Positions 1 to 8,223 of a DNA stretch of 64,000 nucleotides are shown here, piece after piece (positions within the stretch are counted from its first letter, which is position 1; each line of letters starts with the position of its first letter). The stretch lies in NCBI GenBank assembly GCA_030616775.1, contig JAUWWQ010000003.1, positions 10,794 through 74,793 on the forward strand. Reading direction: 5' to 3'. The DNA is from Planctomycetota bacterium. Lineage in GTDB: Bacteria; Planctomycetota; Phycisphaerae; UBA1845. Below the pieces are notes generated by a model. It did no database searches and was not told the origin of the DNA. It was given only the letters and a program-made list of their open reading frames with translations. Position numbers and translations under genes: made by a program.

Positions 1-908
1 TGGGATACGCATCTCCGGTGGTGGCCGGCCGGATGCTCGGCCTGGGCTGGGAACAGATGCAGCATGCCATCGGAATCGCGAGCTGCCGCTGCTTTACCCT
101 TGGCTGTGCCGTGGCGGGCAAGTTGACCATGATGAAGAACACCGTAAGCCCGATGGCCACGCGGGCCGGCGTCGAGGCGGCGCTTCTGGCCCAGAAGGGC
201 TATACCGGTCCGGAGAACGTCATCGACGGTAAAGAGGGGATGGTGCATTGCCTGGGCGAAGCTTGGGACATGAGCCAGCTGACCGACGGGCTCGGCAAGC
301 GGTTCATGATTACCGACTGCGGCATGAAATCCTTTCCCGTCGAAGCATTGATGCATTCGCCTACCTCAGCCACGCTGCACCTTCTTACGGAGCACCGGCT
401 TACGGCGGAAGACGTCAGGGAGGTGTTGATTGAGAGCATCGCCCGCGCGGCGGACATCCTTTCCGATCCGGCCAAGTACGACCCGCAGGGCAAGGAATCC
501 GCGGATCACAGTCTACCTTATTGCATCGCAGCCGCACTGGCTGAAGGCCGCGTGACACCGCTCGAGTTCAAGGAAGACAAGCTCTGGGATAAGCGCCTGC
601 GTTCGCAGATGGCCAAGGTGAAGGTCGTTGCGAACGAAGAGTTTGAGAACGCGTTCCCGGCCAAGCAGTGTGCCCGGGTTACGATCACGACGAGCGACGG
701 CCGGAAGTTGACGCATCAGGTGGACGTGCCCAAGGGCGATCCGCGCGACCCCATGACGACAGACGAGCTTCAGGTCAAGTTCGATGCCCTGGCCGAGCCG
801 ATTATGAGCGAGCAGCGGCGCACCAAACTCCGCGATGCGGTGTTTGCTTTGGACAAACTAGACGAAGTCGGCAAGCTTATGGCACTGACGGTCGTGGATC
901 GAAAGTAA
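1..908 (+). CDS. MmgE/PrpD family protein (2-methylcitrate dehydratase-like), C-terminal part; 5' end lies outside the window
   Basis: The reading frame is open to the window edge. The 296 aa resemble the C-terminal half of PrpD/MmgE proteins (DHSLPYCIAAAL region). It sits directly upstream of citrate-lyase-like genes. Confidence 0.75.
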   Translation, partial: GYASPVVAGRMLGLGWEQMQHAIGIASCRCFTLGCAVAGKLTMMKNTVSPMATRAGVEAALLAQKGYTGPENVIDGKEGMVHCLGEAWDMSQLTDGLGKRFMITDCGMKSFPVEALMHSPTSATLHLLTEHRLTAEDVREVLIESIARAADILSDPAKYDPQGKESADHSLPYCIAAALAEGRVTPLEFKEDKLWDKRLRSQMAKVKVVANEEFENAFPAKQCARVTITTSDGRKLTHQVDVPKGDPRDPMTTDELQVKFDALAEPIMSEQRRTKLRDAVFALDKLDEVGKLMALTVVDRK

Positions 909-913
909 TCCCT

Positions 914-940
914 GAGCCGCGAGCTTTAGCCCGCGCGGAG
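914..940 (+). repeat. 27-nt GC-rich palindromic element, variant copy (GAGCCGCGAGCTTTAGCCCGCGCGGAG)
   Basis: Read directly from the sequence. It differs at 3 of 27 positions from the copy at 58954-58980. Intergenic, just after the PrpD-like stop. Confidence 0.6.
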
Positions 941-1042
941 CGGCGTACGCCGGAAGGTACAGAATACCTATTGGTCCGCACAGCGGACTCTACAAGGTGA
1001 TGCGTGACGGCTGAAAGCTGATGGCTCAAGCCTGAGATTCGG

Positions 1043-2263
1043 ATGACCAGTATGACACAATCGAGGATGCAAACCGCCGAGGCCGGTCGGCGCGGCGAGG
1101 ATGTGCGATCGGACTGTTGGGTGAAGGTGACCCTGACCGGTTCGGGCGGGATCGAGGTCGACTTGAAGAGCAAGGTCAATTCGCTGTACGGTGAATCGAC
1201 TCGCCGACTTGTACGCAGCGAGCTTGACGCCCTGGGCGTTAAGAACGGCAAGATCGAGATCGAGGACGGCGGAGCGTTGCCGTTCGTAATATTGGCTAGG
1301 GTGGAGACGGCCGTAAGGCGCCTCGGCCTTGATGTCGCCGAAGGGTACATTCCCGATTTCGCTCCGGGGACGGAATACGGGACCGAGCGCGACCGATTCA
1401 GACGCTCGCGCCTGTACCTTCCCGGTAATGAGGCGAGGTTCATGCTCAACGCCGGCCTGCACAAACCGGACGGGATCATTCTCGATCTGGAGGACGGCGT
1501 GGCCCCGCCGGAGAAGGACGCCGCACGCCTTGTGGTGCGTAATGCACTGCGGAGCATCAATTTCCACGGGGCAGAGCGGATGGTTCGGATCAATCAGGGT
1601 GAGCGGGGCCTTGAGGATCTGGAATTCGTCGCCCCACACAACCTTCATGTGGTGCTTATCCCCAAGGTGGAAGCGCCCGAGCAGGTCAAGCGCGTCGACC
1701 GGAAAATCCGAGAACTGCTGTCGGCCCGAAAGATCGATCGGCCGGTTTATCTGATGCCCATCGTCGAGAGCGGCCTCGGTGCCATACGGGCATACGAGAT
1801 AGCCAGTGCGACAGACAGTATTGTGGCACTCACGATCGGACTCGAGGATTATACGGCTGACATCGGTGCAGCCAGAACCAAAAAGGGGCGCGAGAGCTTC
1901 TGGGCCCGGTCGCAGGTGGTCAATGCGGCCCGGGCGGCGGGCGTTCAGCCCATCGACACCGTTTTTTCCGACGTGGCTGATATGGAGGGGCTGCGCGACA
2001 GTGTACTTGAAGCTAAAGGACTGGGATTCGACGGTAAGGGTTGCATCCATCCGCGCCAGATCGCCGTCATTCATGAAGCCTTTGCACCCACGGAAGAAGA
2101 ACTCGCCAAGGCCAAACGGATTGTCGAGGCTTTCGAGGATGCGGAGCGTCGCGGCCTCGGCGTCGTCTCTTTGGGCAGCAAGATGATCGATCCACCGGTC
2201 GTGAAGCGGGCGCAGCGGGTTGTTTGGCTGGCTGAGGCGATGCAGCGTGCCACTGCTCTGTGA
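1043..2263 (+). CDS. Fusion of a citrate lyase acyl-carrier (CitD-like) domain to citrate lyase beta / citryl-CoA lyase (CitE, HpcH/HpaI fold)
   Basis: The N-terminal ~95 aa resemble CitD (GSGGIEVDLKSKV..LYGES). The remainder has CitE hallmarks (RSRLYLPGN, ILDLEDGVAP, GFDGKGCIHPRQI). Start choice is uncertain (three in-frame ATG in the first 9 codons). Confidence 0.8.
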   Translation: MTSMTQSRMQTAEAGRRGEDVRSDCWVKVTLTGSGGIEVDLKSKVNSLYGESTRRLVRSELDALGVKNGKIEIEDGGALPFVILARVETAVRRLGLDVAEGYIPDFAPGTEYGTERDRFRRSRLYLPGNEARFMLNAGLHKPDGIILDLEDGVAPPEKDAARLVVRNALRSINFHGAERMVRINQGERGLEDLEFVAPHNLHVVLIPKVEAPEQVKRVDRKIRELLSARKIDRPVYLMPIVESGLGAIRAYEIASATDSIVALTIGLEDYTADIGAARTKKGRESFWARSQVVNAARAAGVQPIDTVFSDVADMEGLRDSVLEAKGLGFDGKGCIHPRQIAVIHEAFAPTEEELAKAKRIVEAFEDAERRGLGVVSLGSKMIDPPVVKRAQRVVWLAEAMQRATAL

Positions 2264-2310
2264 GCAGTGCCTGTCATCCGGCGTGGTGTGCCAGTGCTCT
2301 GTGAGCAGTC
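2247..2310 (+). repeat. Two tandem REP units (41-nt spacing); the first is a perfect 8-bp stem / 3-nt loop hairpin (CACTGCTC TGT GAGCAGTG), the second is degenerate
   Basis: Read directly. Unit 1 (2247-2270) overlaps the last codons and the TGA stop (2261-2263) of the CitD-CitE ORF. Unit 2 (2288-2310) has two stem mismatches. Confidence 0.8.
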
Positions 2311-2331
2311 CCTGTCGCGGGAAATCTACAC

Positions 2332-2940
2332 ATGCGAAGAACCAGCTCGCCAACGACATACACTGCGGTTCTGGGCACATCCAGGAGCGAGCCTGTTCGG
2401 CGAAAGATACGTAAAGCCTTGGACGAGCCGGGCCATGCCCACTTCCTGACATACTCATGCCTTCGGTGTTGGCCGCTGCTGTCGAGCGATCGTATCCGCC
2501 ATTGGGTGGTGGAGGGGATGGAGGAGACACGTCGGAGGCTCGACGTAGCGCTATGGGCATATGTGATCATGCCGGAGCACGTGCACCTTCTTCTATTCCC
2601 GGAATCGGAGTGCCCGATGCGACGGGTACTGGCTGCCCTCAAACGCGGCGTGTCCAAGCGGGCCCGGAGCTATTTGATCGAAACGGGCCAGCATGACTGG
2701 CTCGAACGGCTGACCATCCGGCACCCTTCACGGACGGTTTTCCGATTCTGGCAGCCGGGCGGTGGCTATGATCACAACATTTGGAAGCAGCGCACACTGC
2801 GCGAGGTTGTCGGCTACATTCATGCGAATCCCGTGCGGCGAGGATTGGTCGAGTCGCCGGAGGACTGGTATTGGTCCAGTGCGAGGTTCTGGACGGGTGA
2901 GAAGAGCGTTCCGATTGCGATGGATCCAGTTGATGTGTAA
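2332..2940 (+). CDS. REP-associated tyrosine transposase (RAYT, IS200/IS605 TnpA-like Y1 HUH enzyme)
   Basis: HUH motif in MPEHVHLLLF and a catalytic-Tyr region YIHANPVRRGLV. Size is 202 aa. Flanked by inverted REPs. Confidence 0.85.
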   Translation: MRRTSSPTTYTAVLGTSRSEPVRRKIRKALDEPGHAHFLTYSCLRCWPLLSSDRIRHWVVEGMEETRRRLDVALWAYVIMPEHVHLLLFPESECPMRRVLAALKRGVSKRARSYLIETGQHDWLERLTIRHPSRTVFRFWQPGGGYDHNIWKQRTLREVVGYIHANPVRRGLVESPEDWYWSSARFWTGEKSVPIAMDPVDV

Positions 2941-2987
2941 GATGCTCGTGCGTAAATGGATGGCCGTTCGGCTGCAGATGCACAGAA

Positions 2988-3011
2988 GCACTGCTCACAG
3001 AGCAGTGGCAC
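2988..3011 (-). repeat. REP hairpin, inverted copy (GCACTGCTCACAGAGCAGTGGCAC)
   Basis: Exact reverse complement of 2247-2270. Confidence 0.85.
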
Positions 3012-3040
3012 CCGCGTGGGCTTGCGATATGCTGGCAGAC

Positions 3041-3065
3041 CACGGACTGGTTTTGCCAGTCCGTG
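3041..3065. other. Perfect 10-bp stem hairpin (CACGGACTGG TTTTG CCAGTCCGTG) between the RAYT unit and citF
   Basis: Read directly. No U-tract follows, so its function is unknown. Confidence 0.5.
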
Positions 3066-3113
3066 CCACCCTGATGACAGTATAAAAGTAAGCCCTGGAG
3101 ATAGGAAACCGCA

Positions 3114-4673
3114 ATGGCAGTGAGACTTACCGAAAACGCCCTCGGCCGGATGGTTCCAAGCGAGATCAATGGACACCGGGCGACGCCGTTTGTGGGTGTT
3201 GGCAAGTATCGGCCCGAAGGGAGCAAGACAGCGCCACCTATTCGGAGTTGCGCCAATTATCCTGGAGACGGGAATAAGGTTGTGCCCGATCTGGCGACGG
3301 CGCTGAAAAATGCCGGAGTCCGGGACGGGATGACCATTTCGTCGCATCACCATTTCCGCAATGGCGACAAAACGGCTAACGCGGTGTTTGATGCAGCGGC
3401 TTCGCTGGGGGTGAAGGATTTGCGGTGGTTCCCCAGTGCCTCCTTTCCGTGTCACGCGCCGATCATCGACCATCTGGAAAGCCGAGTGGTTCATCATATC
3501 GAGGGTAGCATGAACGGCCCGTTGGGCGAGTATTGCTCGGTGGGCAAGATGCGCGGGATGGGTGTGCTCCGATCGCATGGCGGGCGCTGGCAGGCGGTAC
3601 AAGACGGCGAGGTGCACATCGACATCGCCGTGATCGCCGCCCCGACCGCGGATCCCTTCGGTAATGCCAACGGGGTGACAGGTCCTTCGGCGTGTGGTCT
3701 GCTGGGCTTCGCCCTGGTCGATTCGATCTACGCCGACCACGTCATCGTGGTAACCGACAACCTGATCGACTTTCCCTGCATCCCCTGGCAAATCCAGGGC
3801 AACAACGTGGATCAGGTGGTAGTGATGGATTCGATCGGCGATCCAGCGAAGATCGTCTCCGGGACGACGGTCCTGACCAAGAGTCCCGATCGACTGCTGA
3901 TTGCCGAATACACCGCCCGATTCATCCGCGACGTGGGGATTATGAAGGATGGATTTTCCTTCCAGGCCGGCGCCGGGGGCACGGCACTGGCGTTTGCCAT
4001 CTTCCTTAAGGAGATGATGAAGGAGGCCGGCGTCAAGGCCCGATTCATTCGCGGCGGGAGCACCAGGTACCTTGTGGAAATGCTCGAGGAGGGGCTGACG
4101 GACTACATTCTCGACGGGCAGACATTCGATCTGGAGGGCGTTCGCTCCATGCGCGAAAACCCTCATCATCAGGACACCAGCCCGTTTACCAGCTACAACT
4201 TTCACGGCAAGGGTTGTTTTGCGTCGATGCTGGACGCCACCATCCTGGGGGCCACCGAGGTGGACGTCGATTTCAATGCCAATGTGGTGACACATTCCGA
4301 CGGGCGGCTGCTGCACGGCATCGGCGGCTGGCAGAACTGTCTGGCCGGCCGTTGCGTGATCTTGCCGATCCCCTCGGTACGCGACCGCATCCCGGTCGTC
4401 GTCGAGCGGGTGACCACGCTTTGTGGACCCGGAGAGCTGATCGACGTTATCATCACCGAGCGGGGCATCGCGATCAATCCGCGGCGCAGTGATCTGATCG
4501 ACGCCGTCAAAGGGTCTGACCTGCCCATTCGTCCGATCCAGGATATCAAGGCCGAGGTCGAGGCTATGTGCGGCGGACCGCCGGCTCCACCAAAGCTCGG
4601 TGACAAGATCGTGGCTGCGGTCAAGTGGGTTGACGGCACGGTAATCGACTGCGTGCGGCAGGTTGAGCAATAA
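3114..4673 (+). CDS. citF: Citrate lyase alpha subunit / citrate CoA-transferase
   Basis: 519 aa with CitF-like sequence throughout (SSHHHFRNGD, IAVIAAPTADPFGNANG, HGIGGWQN). Confidence 0.85.
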   Translation: MAVRLTENALGRMVPSEINGHRATPFVGVGKYRPEGSKTAPPIRSCANYPGDGNKVVPDLATALKNAGVRDGMTISSHHHFRNGDKTANAVFDAAASLGVKDLRWFPSASFPCHAPIIDHLESRVVHHIEGSMNGPLGEYCSVGKMRGMGVLRSHGGRWQAVQDGEVHIDIAVIAAPTADPFGNANGVTGPSACGLLGFALVDSIYADHVIVVTDNLIDFPCIPWQIQGNNVDQVVVMDSIGDPAKIVSGTTVLTKSPDRLLIAEYTARFIRDVGIMKDGFSFQAGAGGTALAFAIFLKEMMKEAGVKARFIRGGSTRYLVEMLEEGLTDYILDGQTFDLEGVRSMRENPHHQDTSPFTSYNFHGKGCFASMLDATILGATEVDVDFNANVVTHSDGRLLHGIGGWQNCLAGRCVILPIPSVRDRIPVVVERVTTLCGPGELIDVIITERGIAINPRRSDLIDAVKGSDLPIRPIQDIKAEVEAMCGGPPAPPKLGDKIVAAVKWVDGTVIDCVRQVEQ

Positions 4674-4703
4674 CGAAAGGGATTCAGGTGGGGGGTATGG
4701 AAG

Positions 4704-5540
4704 ATGCGTTCTCTTTGCTTTGGCTCGTTTGCAGTGCTTCTGGTTTCCACTGCCGCTGCCGGGCCGATCGAGCTGCAGATTGATCCAACTCAGTCCACGG
4801 CCGATGTGGAACTATGTCTCACGATTATTTCCACAGTGTGCGATACCGATACCACTCCCGTGGCTGGGTCCGTGACCGTATCGCTGGATTGCCCGATTGC
4901 GCCGGGCGATATCAGTCTGCATGATTTCGTGTTTCAGCTCGCTGAGAACGTCGAATTGAATCTGAGTTTCGGCATTGGCGACTTCGACAGTATCGGATAT
5001 GACGTCGAGGTAACCTACGCCGATCCCGGCAACCCCCTCCCGCCGGTGGTGGTGACCGACAATGCGTTTGCCTTCACCAATGTCCCTGCGCAGGTAACCG
5101 GGCTTCTGGAATATGAAGCGACCAGGACGGTATGCACCATCTTCGAGTCGCTTGGATACGGGTGCATCAGCGAGATTGATCTTAGCACGATCCTGTTGGA
5201 TCCCCTGGATATGGACGGGACAATCACTATTTCCGGTAATGACGTGACTGTGACGCTTGACACCATCATATCAGGGCCGATCGATCCGAAACGCCCTGAA
5301 ACCGGGGTATTCACCTTAGATGCGACCATGCTGGCCAGAGGTACTGCTGGGCCAGTTTGGCCCGGTGACCTGACCGGTGATGATCGCGTTGATCTTGACG
5401 ACCACGGGCGTTTTGTCGGTTGCCTGGCCGGCCCGGGAACGGCCGCGATCGGCGCGTGCCAATGTGCCGATCTTGACGAAGATGACGACGTCGACCTTGA
5501 AGACTTTGCGGGTTTTCAAGTTGCCTTCGAGGGTTCGTAG
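4704..5540 (+). CDS. Secreted protein with a C-terminal dockerin-like / EF-hand-like Asp-rich repeat
   Basis: N-terminal signal peptide (MRSLCFGSFAVLLVSTAAAG). The C-terminus reads GDLTGDDRVDLDDHGRF...DLDEDDDVDLEDFAGFQVAF. Confidence 0.6.
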   Translation: MRSLCFGSFAVLLVSTAAAGPIELQIDPTQSTADVELCLTIISTVCDTDTTPVAGSVTVSLDCPIAPGDISLHDFVFQLAENVELNLSFGIGDFDSIGYDVEVTYADPGNPLPPVVVTDNAFAFTNVPAQVTGLLEYEATRTVCTIFESLGYGCISEIDLSTILLDPLDMDGTITISGNDVTVTLDTIISGPIDPKRPETGVFTLDATMLARGTAGPVWPGDLTGDDRVDLDDHGRFVGCLAGPGTAAIGACQCADLDEDDDVDLEDFAGFQVAFEGS

Positions 5541-5627
5541 CGTCGTTTTGGTCGAAATGGCACCCGTAGCGGTTGAAGAAGCTGCAATCCGCAATCCCCA
5601 ATCCAGAATCGCCAGTCGAAGCGGTTG

Positions 5628-7157
5628 CTATCCCTTTCCGCGCAGCTTGGCCAACCGTTTCTCAACCAGCCTCACCACGAGGTTGGGGTCGGCTTTGCCA
5701 CCAGAGAGTTTCATGACCTGGCCGCGGAGGAAGCCGGCTGCGGCCTGGGCTTTCTTGGGATTGCCGAGTGCGTCTTGGACGGCCTTGGGGTTGGCGGTAA
5801 AGGCCTGTTCGACCCAGGCTTCGGTGGCGGCTGTGTCGTGGACCTGGACGAGCCCCAGTTCTTGCGCGAGATGGAGCGGTGAGGGAGTGGAGCGTTGGGC
5901 GTCCGCGCGGGCTGAAGCCCGCGGCTCGGCGTGCTGGAGCATGACCTGTGCCAAGCGGTTGGCAGCAGTTTTGTTAATGGTACCGTCAGCGGTCATCCTG
6001 GCCAGCTCGACAATCTGTTCGGGCTCAACGCCGAGGTCCGTTACGTGAACATTTCGATCATTGGCAAGCTTGAGCCAGACATTGACAAACTGTTTGCCGG
6101 CAACGTCAGCAGGTGCGCCGGCTGCAATCACTTTCTCGAGCAGGTCGGCGGTTCCACGATGGTTGACGATTGTGTCAGCATCCCTGGTCGATAAGCCATA
6201 CTCGCTGACCAAGCGCTGACGCCGGGCGATCGGTAGCTCAGGCAGCATCGCGCGAATCTCGTCCAGCATCCCATCAGTAATCTCGACGGGTACCAGATCG
6301 GGATCGGGGAAATAACGGTAGTCCGGGGCGCTCTCTTTGTCTCGTTGATACTCGGTGATGCCCTTCTCGGCGTTCCAGCCCCGGTTTTCGTTTGGCCGCT
6401 TGTCCTGCTGATAGTCGTGATCTTCCGTCCAGGCGGTGAGCTGACGCCGGGCTTCATAGGCGATGGCATCGCGCACGTGCCGGAAGCTGTTGAGGTTCTT
6501 GATTTCGGTGATTGGCGTGCGGTACTCCCGACCGTCGCAGCGGATCGCGATGTTCACGTTGGGCTCGAACCGCATTTGCCCCTTTTGCATGACGCCTTCG
6601 CTGACGCCGAGATAGGTCACCAGCCGTTGCAGCTCGATGCAGAACGCATACGCCTCATCGGCGGACGAGAGGTCCGGCTCGGTGACGATCTCCAGAAGCG
6701 GCGTACCGGCCCGGTTGAGATCGACAAGCGTGCACCCGGGCAGATCGTGAAGGCTCTTGCCGGCGTCCTCCTCGAGGTGGGCGCGGGTTATTCGGACGCG
6801 CTTCATTCGCCCCCGCACGGGAATATCGAAGAATCCGCGGGCGGCCAGCGGCAGATCGTATTGGCTGATCTGGTAGTTTTTCGGGAGGTCGGGATAGTAA
6901 TAGCTCTTCCGGTCCCATTTGGTGTGGCGTGCGATCTTGCAGTTCAGTGCCAGGCCGGTCAAGACCGCATGGGTGAAAGCCTGACGATTGATGACCGGCA
7001 ACGCCCCCGGATGCCCCAGGCAAACCGGGCAGACGCAGGAGTTCGGAGGGGCGTCGTACCTGACGGGGCAGCCGCAGAACATTTTCGTCTTGGTGTTAAG
7101 CTGAACGTGGATTTCCAAGCCGATGATCGTACGGATTGTTAACGTCGGTTCAGGCAT
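5628..7157 (-). CDS. gatB: Asp-tRNA(Asn)/Glu-tRNA(Gln) amidotransferase subunit B
   Basis: 509 aa with GatB motifs (GLEIHVQLNTKTKMFCGC, RFEPNVN, GFLRGQVMK tail). Confidence 0.95.
   Translation of the reverse strand: MPEPTLTIRTIIGLEIHVQLNTKTKMFCGCPVRYDAPPNSCVCPVCLGHPGALPVINRQAFTHAVLTGLALNCKIARHTKWDRKSYYYPDLPKNYQISQYDLPLAARGFFDIPVRGRMKRVRITRAHLEEDAGKSLHDLPGCTLVDLNRAGTPLLEIVTEPDLSSADEAYAFCIELQRLVTYLGVSEGVMQKGQMRFEPNVNIAIRCDGREYRTPITEIKNLNSFRHVRDAIAYEARRQLTAWTEDHDYQQDKRPNENRGWNAEKGITEYQRDKESAPDYRYFPDPDLVPVEITDGMLDEIRAMLPELPIARRQRLVSEYGLSTRDADTIVNHRGTADLLEKVIAAGAPADVAGKQFVNVWLKLANDRNVHVTDLGVEPEQIVELARMTADGTINKTAANRLAQVMLQHAEPRASARADAQRSTPSPLHLAQELGLVQVHDTAATEAWVEQAFTANPKAVQDALGNPKKAQAAAGFLRGQVMKLSGGKADPNLVVRLVEKRLAKLRGKG
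5901..5927 (-). repeat. 27-nt palindromic element copy inside the gatB coding sequence, in frame (EPRASARAD)
   Basis: The reverse complement is 27/27 identical to 58954-58980. Codon phase was checked against the gatB start at 7157. Confidence 0.85.
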
Positions 7158-7167
7158 GGTGCGTATT

Positions 7168-7223
7168 GGCGAATGAAGGATAGCGAATAGCGAACAGCGA
7201 ATGACACAGGGTGAATGCAGAAT
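7168..7223. repeat. 7-nt phased repeat array (AGCGAAT-like, 8 units) immediately upstream of gatB
   Basis: The units read GGCGAAT GAAGGAT AGCGAAT AGCGAAC AGCGAAT GACACAG GGTGAAT GCAGAAT. The array begins 11 nt from the gatB ATG. Confidence 0.6.
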
Positions 7224-7250
7224 TCGCTGTTCTGCGTTTTGATTCTCGGC

Positions 7251-8003
7251 TTACGATCGGCTGGCAATGGCCACTGCCAGAGGATTGACCAGGTTCGGCA
7301 CGACCTTGTCGGTCGCCAGCTCCTCAGCTACATCGAACAGCGTCCCCAGGGCATCGACCAGCGATGGGTGTTCGACACCCCAATACTTGCGGGTGGTAAG
7401 GAAGACGCTGATCGGTTCGCTCTCGAAGGTATCGCTGCGCACCTCAAACGTGGTGGTACGAGACTTCACCTCGACGAAGGCCTGTAGATCGCACTCCGGA
7501 GACATCGCGATGCCGTAATAGGGTTGGGCGTCGATGATGTGTGCGGCCTCGTCGGCGAACAGAAACCCGCTGGCCGCGTGCTCACCGAGCAGTGTCTCCG
7601 CAACCAGCCGGTCGTGGTTCCCGCGGTATTCGAGATCGAACCCGTAGATCAGCTCGAGGTGATCGAAATCAATGTCGCTGAATGACAGGTGATAGGGCGC
7701 CTGGTTGAGGATCAGCTCTCCGAACCGGCGCACATCATCCGTATGGGGAGGCGCGAAGTGGCCGAATCGCAGGCTGCTGGCATCCAGCCTGATCCAGCGA
7801 CGTGACCCGTGCTGGTTGGCCTCCTCCTCCAACACCAGGCAGTCGCCGTCTCGGCGGCGCAACTTCTGCAGGCCCGGATATTCTTTACGAATCCGGTCAA
7901 AGAAATGCAGGACCGTTTCTCGCTCGAGTTTCATTTCAAGCTTGAGGAAGAGCCGAACGCTCACGTAGAAATCGTCACATACCGCGCCGAGGCCATCATT
8001 CAT
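7251..8003 (-). CDS. Hypothetical protein (250 aa), no family recognised with confidence
   Basis: Long ORF with coding-like composition and no signal peptide. Confidence 0.5.
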   Translation of the reverse strand: MNDGLGAVCDDFYVSVRLFLKLEMKLERETVLHFFDRIRKEYPGLQKLRRRDGDCLVLEEEANQHGSRRWIRLDASSLRFGHFAPPHTDDVRRFGELILNQAPYHLSFSDIDFDHLELIYGFDLEYRGNHDRLVAETLLGEHAASGFLFADEAAHIIDAQPYYGIAMSPECDLQAFVEVKSRTTTFEVRSDTFESEPISVFLTTRKYWGVEHPSLVDALGTLFDVAEELATDKVVPNLVNPLAVAIASRS

Positions 8004-8223
8004 GGCGAATCTCTCATTGTTACCGGCCCTGGGGATTCACTACGCTCATTATTAGGCAAAACGCCGATGATTTCAACCCGGAATACGGCACACGAAGCCG
8101 GTCCGGCGGGCGGGCTTGCCAATCTTGTGCAGGTAAGGAATCATACCGAGCCAGGGAAGCTAGTCCGTGGCGACGCGGGCAAGCAAGGGTGTGCCCTGGT
8201 TACCTGCTCATGGAGCCGTCTGA

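Larger units (their letters stand above)
2247..3011 (+). mobile_element. RAYT unit: IS200-like tyrosine transposase gene bracketed by inverted 24-nt REP hairpins
   Basis: GTGCCACTGCTCTGTGAGCAGTGC at 2247-2270 and its exact reverse complement at 2988-3011 flank the ORF 2332-2940. Confidence 0.8.

Noticed and set aside
968-2560. 530-aa ORF on the minus strand
   Set aside because: It is antisense to the well-supported CitD-CitE gene and the RAYT region. Its Arg/Pro/Ala-rich composition is typical of spurious antisense ORFs in high-GC DNA.
2820-4670. 616-aa ORF on the minus strand
   Set aside because: It is exactly antisense to citF, has no recognisable motifs, and has the composition of a high-GC shadow ORF.
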